From: Octopus vulgaris
Taxonomy: Eukaryota
Direction: 5' to 3'
Assembly: GCA_951406725.2 (NCBI GenBank)
Contig: OX597821.1
Location: 60,450,001-60,514,000 of the forward strand
Length of the DNA: 64,000 nt
Shown here: positions 13,551 through 30,884 of the stretch, piece by piece
Position numbering within the stretch: the first letter of the stretch is position 1
Layout of the letters: the number at the start of each line of letters is the position of its first letter
Notes under the pieces: generated by a model
Seen by the model: the letters and a program-made list of their open reading frames with translations, nothing else
The model's database searches: none
Told to the model about the DNA's origin: nothing
Translations under genes and position numbers: made by a program

Positions 13551-13829
13551 GAACCCTGCAACTCTCCGTCTTCTCATTCAGGAGAAATGTGATTTGAAAT
13601 ATTGTGATTTTGGTTACTTATATATCATGGAAACCGGATAACCGGATTTATGAGTCATGAAGACAATTTTACACGAATAACTTGAAGTAATGTAGATTCA
13701 ATGAGACAGTTTCGAACAAAGGAACGGGTATTTGCCGGAGTAGTAGTGGAATCACATTCCTGTCACTCTTTACATAATGATGATGAAGAAGAATAAAAGC
13801 AAGTTGAAAGTTATTCTGTTAATTTTTTT

Positions 13830-16480
13830 ACAACTGGTTCGGCATCAGCCATATCATAATCACGTTCTAAATGCCAAACATACCTGGGTATAGAAGAGAG
13901 AAAGAATTGGCTCAGCTATACAAAATTCAGTGTTTAGTCTCTATAGTACTAATGGAAAATTCAAGTTAATTCGAATTATTGAAATTTCAGCTATTAAATT
14001 TGGATCGCACTAGTTCTGAACTTTGTCAAAACGATTCAGAGTTACAATACAGCATCAAGGTTCATCTCAGTTGGATTATCTGTGACTGGGAGCTGGTTTC
14101 AGAGATAGCGAATACACACGGAGAGTTCAAGGTGCTGTGTTATCACCTGTCAGTTCTATTGTTGCTTGTCTATTTTCAAACACCGTCAATTTTTTTCTAA
14201 TTCACATCTATGACACAAACACTTATGCTGATCATCGAATGCGCATTCATACATTGAATAAGCGGCCCTTGATATTTTTGAAGAGCCTACTGTATGACTA
14301 CAGGGGGTATGTAGACATTTATTTAACTATATATAATCTCATTTAGCAATTGTAACGTACATTTCATTTAATCATTGGTCCATGTTCTACATGAACTGAT
14401 GCACCGACCGCTTTTTAAATAGCAGCCGTTTCTACCTGTGTTCATAAAACAGTTGTGGAATAATCATGACATTGTTTTACGAAAATATGAGTGCAGCAAT
14501 GTTGCCAGCAAAGTTCAAATTAAAAGATTATACCTTTTTTTTATATGCTCTCAAAAGGAGAAAAGGGTTAGAACATGATGCTCATGGAAGTAAATAGGGA
14601 TTAAAAAATTATGTAGGTGAACTATTATGCATACACGATGATGCACCAGACCAACAATTTTAAAATGCTTCGTTGAGGAGAAAAATTATCCCAAAAGTAC
14701 ATGGTCAAAAGCTATCGAAAAGCGAAGGACAACTTCAGTGTGTTCGAAAGAATCAGCGAGAATTAAGAGCAGAATATTTTCAGGGCTTGAGGGACTAAAT
14801 GCTAAGGACAGGGAAGACTTGAGTTTAATTTGAAGCTGAGAAGATACTAAAAGAAATGTTTGTTCCTTCTCGAGCCACGCCTGGCTCATTAGGGCCGGTT
14901 TCCTTGGCGTATAGGTTCCTCACCTGGACGGGACATCTGTCGCAGGTAAGCTGCAAGACGAAAGAAAGTTGTAGCGAAAGAGTCAGCAGAAGTTCGCCAT
15001 TACTTTCTGCTGGAGCCGCGTGGAGCTTAGGTATTTCGCTCATAAACACACACATCGCCCGGTTTGAGATTCGAACCCGCGATCCCTCGACCGCGAGTCC
15101 GCAGCTCTAAGCACTAGGCCATGTACCTCCACACTAAAAGAAATGATGAAAGAAAATATACTCAGAAAAGTGAAAGGTTTTGTTTATTTCTCTGAATTGC
15201 AAAAGAGGGGTCTTCCACATGCACATATGCTGTAATCTTGGAGCAATAAAATAAACCGTATACTGCAAATGATATGAATATGTTTTGTTTCTGCAGAGCT
15301 TAGAATGATCCAGAACTATTAGAAATCTTTTTTGAAGTTTAATTTAACCCACTCCCATGTAACACTCCCTGACTCAAGACAATGCTTATTAAGTGATAAA
15401 GTATCCAAGAGAGGTACCCAAGAGAATCGATGGTCATTCACTAAACCAAGCACTCAATAGATGAAGAGTATTTTTTACGCATAATAACTGATGGTTAATT
15501 ATATATATTTATGCATCCATAAAATGCATCTACAGTTACATATTAAAATTATCGTCAAGTTACAGAATACAGGAGGAATGGAACAAGAAGATAGTTGACT
15601 GAGCTGCTATTGTGAAAATAGTTAAGACCAATTCTTCATTTCAAAAAATTGATGAAACTGAAACACGAGTGTGCGACCACAGAATCAAGAGGATTACAAC
15701 TAGGCTGATTTTCTACTTAGTGTATATTCTTTATAACAAAGTCTAGAGAAAGTGACCGTACTCATGGTGTTCATAAGTCCTCTAAGACCTGTGAGATTGA
15801 TGTTAACATTTATACTTAGACTGTGACAAGTCGATGGCTGCATGGAAAAACTTGTGAAGGGAGGAACCTTTATGGTAAGATTGAACTTCCAAATGGTGCT
15901 AAGGTTATAACGATTGAACACGAAATGATAAATCAAATTCTTGTTTTTGTATCCCGTTAAATACTGCAAACTTTTCAATCGTATCTATACTGTTGTTGAT
16001 TCAGTAAATGAGGACATTATGAGGCGCCGCTGATTCATACTATGAAGACAGTGTTTTTAATGACCCAAATGGAGTTCATAAACAGCAGTGAAATTAGTGG
16101 CAGGCTCTCATATATTCTGACCTTGAAGAAGAGATGTGTTGCAAAGTTACTGCGAAATTGAAATAAGGTTAATTGGTTTTAAACAATGATTGAAGGCGAC
16201 ATTGTTATAGTTGGCAAAACATTATGGAAAACATGTCATTGTGCCAAGAATTAACCTGAGATTTTCTGACACTATTCTGCCATTTAACCTTCCACGATTA
16301 TTGCCTCTTCCAGTTCGAGTGACAGTAAATAAATCTCAATGTCTATCACTGCATAAAATAGGTTCGTTCTCCCGGCCCCCACCCTACAACTGTTCTATTT
16401 GCACGTTGACGATTGTATGTTGTCTTGTCAAGAACCACAACGGATCATACAAGTATGGTAACAATGTCGAAAAAATAAAA
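13830..16480 (+). pseudogene. Eroded autonomous Helitron Rep/helicase (RepHel) relic
   Basis: Collinear degenerate motifs: SYNTASRFISVG (~14040), FKVLCYHLSVLLL, IHIYD, KLSQKYMV..RKNQRELRAEY (~14680-14780), HUH-region ELQKRGLPHAHML (15194-15232), PRINL...LPVRVTVNKSQCLSL and RLYVVLSR (Pif1-like C-terminus, ~16245-16432). Many stops and large deletions. Confidence 0.8.
14859..15132 (-). mobile_element. tRNA-derived SINE (head B) inserted in the Helitron relic
   Basis: 13-bp TSD actaaaagaaatg at 14846-14858 and 15133-15145. Homologous to 56927-57224. Confidence 0.85.
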
Positions 16481-16482
16481 TG

Positions 16483-17190
16483 ATGCTGGTGGCGGTGGTG
16501 TTGATGCTAAACCGGTAGGTGTGATAGTGGGGTTCGGGAGCCTAGAGGAAACCGGAATGGATTGGGGTAGTGTGGAAGAGCTACATAAGTTACATAGGTT
16601 GCAAGGGCGCTTAAAGGGAAGAAGTTAGTTAGGAAAGATGTGGGAAGTAACGGTGGAAGAGGAGTAGAATGGTTCTCTCCGGTGGGGGTAAGATTGAGGG
16701 GTGATATATGAAGGAAACGAAGAGGTGGTTGGTGGTGGGTCAGTTGCGGATATGAGGACTGAACGCAGACTTCATGGGCAAGGGTGAAGGCGGCTTAGAC
16801 TACATTGACTGAAGAACTGAACCATATGTTGAGACTGGATCTCAACGTCATGGTGACGACTGCAGAAAAGGCGGAGACGGAGGAACTTGGGTCAAAGAAT
16901 GACATGGAGAGTAAAGGTTGGGTGGTAGGAGAAGAAGTCAAATTAAGGAGGTGAGGCGGTGGATTTATAAAAAACGAAGGTAGCGAGGTTGAGGCTTGAC
17001 TGTTCAATGGTGATAGATAAGTCGAGAAAATTGAAGGTGGAGTCAGAGATGAAAGTAGTGAATTAGAGGGCGGGAAGGAAATGGTCGAAAAAAATGAAGG
17101 AGTGGAGTCGTTTGCAGGAAAGAGAAGGGTCTTCGATGCAGTCGTCAATGAGGCGACCACATAATTTTAGTTTGGGGTCGGTCGTCTGTG
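16483..17190 (-). mobile_element. Penelope-like RT fragment (degenerate)
   Basis: Minus frame GRLIDDCI..LHSFIF...FTTFISDSTFNFLDLSITI...FYKST...SYHP...KFLRLRLFCS. Downstream sequence resembles the linker of 22798-23940. Confidence 0.75.
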
Positions 17191-17412
17191 AAAATATTTT
17201 TGGGCCTTGACAGACCCAGCCAAGTTGCAAAACTTACTACTCGTCAAAACGCGACACTAAATCCCATGCGTGCGCATTCAGCATTCACGCACATTTAGAA
17301 CACAAGGAAACATGTGCGCTTGTACATACACTCACGCACACATACATACACACACGCAGGCATACATACGAATACACAACTAAATCATTGACGTATTCTG
17401 TTATGTCTTGCC

Positions 17413-17620
17413 GAGCTGGTGGAGTCATTAGTGCATCGGGAAATGTGCTTAGAGGTATTTTTCCGATATTAGTTCTAAGCTCAAATTCTTCTGCAGTCAA
17501 CTTTGTCTCTCATTCTTTTACGGCCGATAAAATAAGTATCCATTGAGCATTTGGGGTGATGTAATTGACTAAACCCCAACCACTAAAATTGGTGGCCTTG
17601 TGTCAAAGTTTGAAACTATT
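17413..17620 (+). mobile_element. Diverged SINE family D
   Basis: cgagctggtggagtcattag head and a tcaaattc..gtcaactttgtctctcattc domain. Confidence 0.6.
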
Positions 17621-17647
17621 TTCGTATGATTACTTAACACAATATAC

Positions 17648-17695
<48 letters not shown>

Positions 17696-17707
17696 AACAC
17701 ATACATA

Positions 17708-17755
<48 letters not shown>

Positions 17756-17769
17756 ATATAATATATATA

Positions 17770-18100
<331 letters not shown>

Positions 18101-18157
18101 AATAATACATACATACATACACACACACATACATACATACATACATACATACATAAT

Positions 18158-22102
<3,945 letters not shown>

Positions 22103-22617
22103 GAAAAATACAAACTGGGACAAGAACGTAAAGCATTTAGAAGACGATACAAAAAACACGGACGGGACATTCGAAGCCTTCAATCTTCAGTCAAGAACCG
22201 GATCATCCCAGCAACCTCGGCTGATCAATCCCAAGATCGCTCCGATCCGGCCAGCCCCAAGGAAAAACCAAGCCACGAGCACCAGATTTCTTGGAAGAAG
22301 GACCGAATGTACACGAAACAGGGACAGAAAAACGGACGATGCAACACGAATATAAAATACAAAAAACAATAATGGTAAAAACAGGACAAAAAGCAGCGGG
22401 TGTCTTACGACTAATAAACAGTACAAGTTTAGCTGGCGTATTTGGAGAAAATGCCTTTATCGGCAGACGAAGACAACAGATGTTCTCACGGCAGTGGTCG
22501 GAGGCCAAAATGCTGATTTTCACCAAGCTTTATGAAAATAAACAAAAGACGAAGGCAGGTGGAGTACAAACAAACAATTGTATTAGTATGGCGCTCAGGA
22601 ATATAAATAAAGCAAGT

Positions 22618-22653
22618 CTTTTACGTTTCGAGCCTACGCTCTTCAACAGAAAG
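22618..22653 (-). ncRNA. Minimal type I hammerhead-like motif (A6U core variant)
   Basis: Minus strand reads CUUU-CUGUUGA-A-GAGC guag GCUC-GAAA-CG-UA-AAAG: stem I, core, stem II, palindromic stem III and NUH. Confidence 0.65.
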
Positions 22654-22914
22654 ATACATAGAAAAGAAACACGGAGAGAGACAAGGAGAGAAAAAAATGC
22701 GTGCGGAAGCTAGCGATTCAACATGGCGATCTGATTCCGGCCAGAAGTCAAAGATCAAACGTGAGACACAAGAGCGAAAATAGGGGAGATAACAGGGTCA
22801 AATGACTTCGCCCCAACATAAGGGTGCGTGTGTGTATGAGAGAGTATGTAGTGCGTATGAAAGGTCTGGACGTGTATATGTATGATGTGATGTGTAATGT
22901 CGTATGGTGTAGTG

Positions 22915-23400
22915 TAGAGAGAGGAGATGAGGGGGAGAGTGGAGGAGGATGGAGGAGAGATGAGGGGGAGGGTGAGAGAGAAGAGAGAGAGGAAGAGGGG
23001 AGAAAAGGAAAGAGGAGAAGAGGAGGGAGAAGGGAGAAGAGGAAGGTGAGAGTGAGGAGGGTGAGATTAAAGGGGAGGGTGAGAGGGGGGAGAAAGAAAG
23101 AAGGAGGGGGTGAGGGTGAGATGAGATGAGATGAGGGGGGAGAAGGAAAGAGGAGGGAGGAGAAGGGGGAGAAGGAAGGAGAGGAGAAGAGGAGGGGGAT
23201 GGGAAAGGAGGGAAGAGGAGCAGGGGGAGAGAGGGGAGTGAGGGAGCAGAGAGAAAGAGAGAAGGGGAAGAGAGAAGAAGAAAGAGGAAAGAAGAGGAGG
23301 GAAGAAGGGAAGAGGGGGAAAGAGAGTAGGGGTGAAAAGATGAAGGACTGAAGAGACTTAGGAGTCGGGGGAGGAGGTTAGAGGAGGAGGGGGAGAGTTG
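22915..23400. repeat. ~480-bp polypurine (GA/GGA-rich) low-complexity tract
   Basis: Directly visible. Confidence 0.9.
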
Positions 23401-23927
23401 AGACCAAATGGCGTAAAAGAGCGAAGAGAAGATTAATCCCTGTTTACGGCGCAAACGGGAATCCGGATGGCCTCTTTGCAAGGACAAACCAAACACAGAC
23501 AGGTGTTGCAAGGAATGACCGGTGGAGCAGAAATGGTGTGAGACCGGTGTGTCGTTGGCAAGGCGGATGTCACGGCGTCCCGTTTGTCCGATGTACAGGG
23601 AATGGCAGAGAGAGCAAGAGATGCAATAGATGATATTGCTGGAGGTGCAGGTGAAGGAGTTGATGATGCGATAGGGTCGATGATGAGTGCCAGTGAGGAG
23701 GGTAGTGTTGGAGAGGTAAGGGCAAGTGCAGCAACGTGGGCGGGAGCAGGGGAACGAGCCAGGTTGGGAGGTAGGGTCAGGGAAGGAGCTGTGGACCAAA
23801 AGGTCTCGTAGGTTATGGGCTCGTTTGAAGGAGGGGAGGGTTCGGTTAGGGAAGAGGTGTGAAGTGGACGGGTCGGACTGGAGATGCCGGAAAACTCGAA
23901 GAATGGTGCGTTGGAGAGGTAGGGTCG

Positions 23928-24080
23928 TGGGGTGGTTGGCGTTAGGAAGGGCATCCAACTGTAGAAACCTTGCCAGATCAGATTGGAGCCTGGTGCAGCC
24001 TCCTGGCTTGCCAGTCCTCAGTCAAACCGTCCAACCCATGCCAGCATGGAAAGTGGACGTTAAACGACGACGATGACGAT
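23928..24080 (+). mobile_element. Non-LTR 3'-end fragment with a (GAT/GAC)n tail
   Basis: gggtggttggcgttaggaagggcatccaactgtag...ccaacccatgccagcatggaaagtggacgttaaacgacgacgatgacgat. Retroposon-like tail. Confidence 0.55.
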
Positions 24081-24097
24081 AATATATATATATATCT

Positions 24098-24257
24098 CCG
24101 AGGGCTTCTTTCAGTTTCCGTCTACCAAATCCACTCAGAAGGCTTTGGTCGGCCCGAGGATATAGTAGAAGACACTTCCCCAAAGTACCATGCAGTGGGA
24201 CTGAACCCAGAATCATGTGGTTGAGAAGCAATCTTCTTACCACACAGCCACTCCTGT
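24098..24257 (-). mobile_element. SINE family A, 5' half
   Basis: gggcttctttcagtttccgtctaccaaatccactc...cacacagccactcct. Confidence 0.8.
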
Positions 24258-24491
24258 CTCTCTCTCTCTCTCCCTCTCCCACTCTCTCTCTCTCTGACTA
24301 ATTGTCTGTCTGTCTCTCCGTCTATCAATTTATATATCTGTCTGTTTAACTATCTATATGCAAGTGTGAATATGAGTGTGAATGTATGCGGGAAGTAAAA
24401 TGTATAAAATGCAAAAGGCAAAAGAAAAAAGAAGTGAAAATGAAAAAAAATCAACACATAGATCTAGCATGTAGTAATACATATAATATAT

Positions 24492-25546
24492 TGTTGTGAA
24501 TAGTTCAGCTGGTATAATACTTCTTGACCTACTTTGCTTGGGGTGGAGACTGAAAGTCTACAATACAAAGTTATAGTCCTTTGTTTTAGAAAGAGTAATG
24601 AGCCTTTAGGGGACCTTTGGCCTTGTGCCGGTCAGGGAAAGTTCGTTGTAGACACCCCTTAAATAAGCAGTTCAGTTTGTGAGTGGGAGAGACAGTCGGC
24701 ATTTGGGAATCAGGGCGGACAGTCAGGATTTGGGATTCAAGGCAAGCAGTTGGCAGTTGGATTGTACAGCGAGTTAGTAATGGTTTGTTCTGCTGTGACA
24801 GAGAGAGATATGACAGAGAGAGATAGAGGATTAGGCAGCTAATAGAGATGGAATACAATGTGAGGCATTGGCTGATGTAACGGTATGTGTTAATTGTATG
24901 TGTTGATATGTGAATTATGTAAAGAGACTATAACGAACTGTTACAGAAGTGAGTAAAGGACTTGTTGATGTGTTGATTATTGAGTTGTGTTACCTATGTA
25001 AAAGAAAGAGAGAAAAAGAAAGGCTCTGTTGTAGTCTTTAATGAACATTGAACATATATGCCTTTAATGTGATTTGAACTGTAACGTTAATGTGATTTGA
25101 AACAGAACTGTTGTCTCCGGAGTGTATATTGCATCAATCTGAACCGTTATTGTACCCGAATGCTGTGATCTGTTGTATACCTGTATTGATTTGTTGTTTT
25201 CTTGAAATGCTGTTGTTATTGCATTTGATGTGTTGTTACTTGCATGTATTTCCTCTTTGATGTATCTGATATGTATTTGATGTTGTAACAATTATAAAGT
25301 GTTATAAACTAGTAGGTTAAATGTAAGCCAATTGCCTTCCGCTGTGTTTCTTTGTGCCTCTGTGTCTCTTCCTGCAGCTGTTGTTGTTGTTGCTGTCTCT
25401 CTCCTCTCTGAGTTCCGTGGCGAACATTTGCCGATCGATCGGGCCTGGTCAATCGTCGTCGCTCGACTTGTTGGGATCCCGAGTTCGAGTTTGAGCGACG
25501 GCAGGTGGGATTCCGTAACAGCTTTCGTTGGAGGTCCCTAACAACA
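24492..25546. mobile_element. Candidate solo LTR (~1.05 kb)
   Basis: Starts TGTTG and ends CAACA. A short duplicated flank (tat; 'atatt' overlaps both junctions) is present. Non-coding, with composition distinct from its flanks. Confidence 0.4.
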
Positions 25547-25917
25547 TATTATCAATGCCATCCACAACCTTTCGATCCTGTATGATACTTTTATGAGTTA
25601 TAACAGTATTTAACGATCCATTGTGACCTATCACAAAACACAACATGATGGCAACCACGTCTTTCTAATGATGAAGCCTAGAAATTCTCGAAACGTAAAT
25701 AGATTTTATATAATATTGATCTGAATTAAACGTAAAAACGAATAAAGAACTGTGAAAAATTCCTGTAAAGATCACACACGGGAACAGATGTGTCCTTGAT
25801 GCAACATATTTGAAGGAAAAGCTGTTCCACACACAAACACGCGCATACACATAAACTCACTACATAAGTATATATATATGCACACACATATATTTCATGT
25901 ATTATACGTATAAAATG

Positions 25918-25982
<65 letters not shown>

Positions 25983-26001
25983 GTATGTATATATATATAT
26001 A

Positions 26002-26341
26002 TGTGAAGGCGTATGGCTCAGTAGTTAGAGCGTCGAGCTTACGATCGTGAGGTTGTGAGCTCGAATCCCGGACCGGGCTGCGTGTTGTGTTCTTGAGCAA
26101 GGCACTTTATTTCACGTTGCTCCAGTTCACTCAGCTGTAGAAATGAGTTGCGACGTCACTGGTGCCAATCTGCATCGACCTTTGTCTTTCCCTTGGAGAA
26201 CACTGGTGGTATGGAGAGGGGAGGTTGGTATGCATGGGCGACTGCTGGTCTTCCATAAACAACCTTGCCCGGACTTGTGTCTAGGAGGTTAACTTTGTAG
26301 GTGCAATCCCATGGTCATTCATGACCGAAAGGGGTCTTTAC

Positions 26342-26345
<4 letters not shown>
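26002..26345 (+). mobile_element. tRNA-derived CORE-like SINE (head C)
   Basis: gtgaaggcgtatggctcagtagttagagcg...ctcgaatccc followed by gttcttgagcaaggcactttatttcacgttgctccagttcactcagctg. Confidence 0.8.
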
Positions 26346-26438
<93 letters not shown>

Positions 26439-26525
26439 TACATATATGTTCAAGTCTTAATTCCGATAACTACTTCTGCACTTTTAACAAATATCACAAA
26501 TATTTCCTCAGAACCTGAAAATGTA

Positions 26526-27430
26526 CAGTGTCTCAAAATTTTTGACATCATTTGAGATGCCCATGTCTGAGTGACTAATTCATCAAGAGAAATGAAACTC
26601 AATAGGCTTAATCTTGAACATAAAAAGTTTTATTCTACAGATTTCCAACGACAAATCCTGTGAGAGGATAATTTTATAACGTTTCAAAGTTATCACGGCT
26701 CTTTGAGATGGCGCAGAACACATTCACTTCTGGTGAGCTCCTTTCACGTTCAGTTGTGTTATGTGGATTTTCTTCGCCCCAAATGCGAATATTTTGCCTG
26801 TTCACTTTGTCATTCGTATAGAATGTGGCCTCGTCGCTGAAAACAAGACGGTTTTCAAAGTCGTCATCTTCAAGTTTCTATTGCATACCTTCGCAGAACG
26901 TTTTACGCTTTTGCTTGTCAACCGGCTTTAAAGTCTGCACAAGTTGAAGCTTGTAGGGAGTCAACCGCAAGCGCTTTTTTATGACACGCCAAACAGTTGA
27001 CTTGGGGTTTCCAGGCTTGCTCTTCGCACAGATTTCTTTGGACTCCGACTAAGCGTTTCTCGAAGTTGGTTCACAATCTCTTCTGAAACTGCTGGCCATC
27101 CAGATCCCTTTTTCCGACACAAACAGCCTTCTTCTTGAAACTTTTTTATGCCACGTCCAAATCTGTTTCCCTGTCGGCGCTTGTTTATGAAATCTTCTAA
27201 CAAATACACGTTGCACATTCACATTGACTGAGTTTTGACGTAACTCAATACACAAAACGCCTTTTCTGTTGCAGTAAACGGCACGTTTAATCCTGAAAAG
27301 AAAAACATACGAAAGATCATATTTTAAAAATGTATTGAATTCTTGACACACTACTAAAATTTGAGACAATTTAGACAAAAATTGTTCACGTTATTATATG
27401 ATGAAATGTCAAATGTTTTGGGACATCCTG
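26526..27430 (-). mobile_element. Internally deleted Tc1/mariner element (rosa/DUF4817-like)
   Basis: TA flanks with TIRs cagtgtctcaaaatttttgaca / tgtcaaatgttttgggacatcctg. Transposase remnants: EKAFCVL, RSPKKSVRRAS, PYKLQLVQ, LVFSDEATF..VNRQNIRIWGEENP. Confidence 0.85.
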
Positions 27431-27500
27431 TACTTTTACCTTTTCATCTTGATCACTTTCTGATCCAGCTTATTAATTATTAGAAACTACATTCACCTGC

Positions 27501-28019
27501 GTGGAGGGGCGTGGCTTAGTGGTTAGGGTGTTGAATCGTAAGGGTGTGGTTTCGATTCCTGGACCGGGCGATGCGTTGTGTTCTTGAGCAAAACACTTCA
27601 TTTTCACGTTGCTTCAGTCCACTCAGCTGGCAAAAATGAGTAACGCTGCGACGGACCGGTGTCCCGTCCAGGTGGGGAATTTCTACGTCACTGAAACCGG
27701 GAAACCGGCCCTTATGAGCCTGGCATGGCTTGAGAAGGAACATTTATTTTGTGAAGGCGCGTGGCTTAGTGGTTAGGGTGTCAGCATCATGATCGTAAGA
27801 TTGTGGTTTTGATTCCTGGATCGGGCGACGCGTTGTGTTCTTGAGCAAAACACTTCATTTCACGTTGTTCCAGTCCACTCAGCTGGCAAAAATGAGTAAC
27901 GCTGCGACGGACCGGCGTCCCCTACAGCTGGGGAACACATACGCCATTGAAACTGAGAAACCGGGCCCATGAGTCTGACTAGGCTTTAAAAGGGCGCATT
28001 TATTTATTTATTTATTTAT
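27501..28019 (+). mobile_element. Head-to-tail dimer of CORE-like SINEs (head C) sharing one TSD
   Basis: Units at 27501-27745 and 27751-28019. 13-bp TSD tacattcacctgc at 27488-27500 and 28020-28032. Confidence 0.85.
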
Positions 28020-28330
28020 TACATTCACCTGCATTTCGTTGCTACTAACTTGAATATACTGAAAATACCACTTGCTTAACACCGTTGCAACTTAAGTCTG
28101 CTCTGTATCCTGTATCAGGGTAAAAAAAAGAAATAACTCTAAAAAAAACACAGACACACACACACACACACAAAAACATACTTGCTGATTAGCCACAACT
28201 AATGTCAGGATATTTTAGGAAGCAACATTAATTTTTAAGTTACTTCCTAACACATTCCATATTTGAAGTTGTAAAGGCATATTTAAAAGATGAGATTTTT
28301 TTTTTAATAGAGGCTAAAAATGTCAGATAG

Positions 28331-28490
28331 GCTCAGGCATGGCTGTGTGGCTAAGTAGCTCGCTTTGCAACCACGCGGTTTCGGGTTCAGTCCTACTGCA
28401 TGGCAACTTGGGCAAGTGTCTTCTACAGCCACAGACCGACTAATTCCCCGAGAGCGAGTTGGATCAATAGAAATCTAAGTGGAAGCCTGC
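28331..28490 (+). mobile_element. SINE family A 5' fragment
   Basis: ggcatggctgtgtggctaagtagc...gggcaagtgtcttct. Confidence 0.65.
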
Positions 28491-28768
28491 CGTGGTTATG
28501 TGAGTTGGTATCGACAACTACCTCCTCCACCTAATCCCCTCCCCTCCCCCTCTACCTGTACCTTCAGGGTGTTTAAGTTTGTCTATCACTTGTTTTTTTC
28601 TATTTCTATTGTCTGACGATGTGTTTGTTTGCTTGTCATGCCAGTACTACGGGGTACATTCACTGACTGCATATACAGTATGACATCATGTGATGCAGAA
28701 TATTGAAACGTATGAAGCTGATGAAATAAAGGAGTACCAAGTCAAAGCCCCTGTTTTTTCTCGCATGC

Positions 28769-28852
<84 letters not shown>

Positions 28853-28908
28853 GCCTACCTACCTACCTACCTACCTACCTGTCTGTCGGCCTGTCTGTCT
28901 GTCTGTCT

Positions 28909-28956
<48 letters not shown>

Positions 28957-28957
<1 letters not shown>

Positions 28958-30015
28958 TGGGTCATCCCATAAATAATGCGTTTTTTTATACTTTTATTTT
29001 TCAAAATTAAGATAAACAAAGTTATTTTTAAATCTAAAATATACTCTCCTTCATTTTCTACAACGCTCTTCCATCTATCTGGTAGACTGGCAAGGTCCCT
29101 CTTCTAAAATTCACTTGTCCGTGACGAAAAATACTCCTCCAGTACTGTTCTGACCTCGTCTACAGAATGCATATTTTTTCCGTCCAAATGATTTTGAAGA
29201 CTGCGGAATAAATGATAATCAAATGGGGCAATGTCCAGCGAATAAACTGCTCCAGCCTTTGGAATGTCATCCTCGCTGTATGTGACCGAGCATTATCCTG
29301 ATGGAAGAACACCTTTCGTCTTCAAACCAAAGATGGTCGTTTTTCTTCTAAGCTGCTCAAGCTGCTCGCAGTAGATCTCCTTTGTTATCGTTTGTTTTGG
29401 GTTTAAAAGTTCAAAGTGGACTAAACCTTTCATATGCTACCAAACAGATAACAACAGCTTAAGTGGGTGGAGACCTTCTTTAGCCTGGGGTGCCGGTGTT
29501 CCTCCTGTCCCTACCCACGGTCTTCGGCACTTGACATTTTTATAGAGAACCCATTTCCCATCACCACTCACTATTCGGTCCAAAAAATGTTTATTCGTGA
29601 GACGTGACAGCAAAGAAGAGCACACATTCACTCTGCGCGCAATTAGACTCGGAAAGTTTGTGAGGAGCCCATTGACCCAATTTGCTGACCTTTCCGATGG
29701 CATGCAGGTGTTGAATGGTTGACTGACCAAATCCAAGCTTCTCTGCTAGTTCCTCAACAGTTACGATGGGATTTTGTTCCATCAGGATTTACAGGACATC
29801 CTCGTCGAGCTCTACAAATCTTCCAGGACGGGGCTCGTCTTCTAGGCTGTTGTTTCCGGTTTACACTTATTGTCCGATCCCCATATACTGCATTAATATT
29901 CCTCACACTTTCCGTTGCGTCGTTGCCTTTATTGATCTCATAATGCAAAATATGCCGAATACGCTCCTTTGTCACTTCCATTATAGCTTTGACAAAAATA
30001 ACTGTTAAAATCTAA
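28957..30015 (-). mobile_element. Mariner element, degenerate, one TIR retained
   Basis: MEVTKERIRHILHYE..., WAPHKL, IVSGDGKWVLY, LLLSVW, HQDNAR. TA plus ttgggtcatcccataaataatgcg TIR at the left end. Confidence 0.85.
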
Positions 30016-30650
30016 AATCTTTAAAAAATCCTGGTAGGTATCAAGTAAGCACTCAGTGTAAAGGAATTAGGTTAAATTCCCAATAAGAATATACCAGGAA
30101 ATATATGTAGAATACAAATCCCAGGTAAATCCTTAAGTATTACAGGTAAATCCAACAATACGTATGCAGAATTTTAAGATATTCAAAGTATTAACAACAA
30201 TCAATAATATGTACGAAGAAAATCATAGCTTTATTTTAGATCACTGCTTAAAAATCCAACAACTGTTGCAATTGCATTGATATATACATACATATGTAAG
30301 TGAATAAATATTCGAAAGTATTTATATAGATATTGTTATTGATTATTATCATTAGTAAAATGTATAATAACAATAATATAGGTGGTCAACAAGCAAAAGC
30401 CGATAAATGGCTAATCGAACATTTTATAATTAATTTATAATTGTAATAGGGCAGACGCGTGCCAGCATTGTTGTGAAAATTAGAGTTTAAAAAATCCTAA
30501 GATTTTTCAACTCAGATTTTCGCAATAATGCAGGCACCGCGTGTGCCCTATTATAATCATACATACATACATACATACATACATACATACATACATACAT
30601 ACATAATACATACATACATACATGCATGCATACATACATACATGCATACA

Positions 30651-30682
<32 letters not shown>

Positions 30683-30816
30683 CACACACATATTTATATA
30701 TACTAGATATTATTAAAATTAATAATATGTACGAAAATTTATATCAACACAATTGGTTTTAATAATATTATGTATATAATATGTATGTGTGTATATGAAT
30801 ATATATATATGTGTGT

Positions 30817-30866
<50 letters not shown>

Positions 30867-30884
30867 GTGTGTGTGTGTGTATGT

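Larger units (their letters stand above)
22095..23930 (-). mobile_element. Penelope-like element 3' part: linker, GIY-YIG endonuclease and hammerhead-bearing 3' region
   Basis: SFKRAHNLRDLLV, CSRPRCCTCP zinc knuckle, FTCTSSNIIYCISCSLCHSLYIGQTGR (GIY-YIG), VSHHF. A hammerhead-like motif lies at 22618-22653. Confidence 0.85.

Noticed and set aside
16795-17160. 121-aa Ser/Pro-rich ORF
   Set aside because: It is an alternative frame of the Penelope-like RT relic.
22160-22200. Minus-strand CUGAAGA..GAAUGUC second hammerhead candidate in the PLE 3' region
   Set aside because: GAAA is absent and stem I is not evident.
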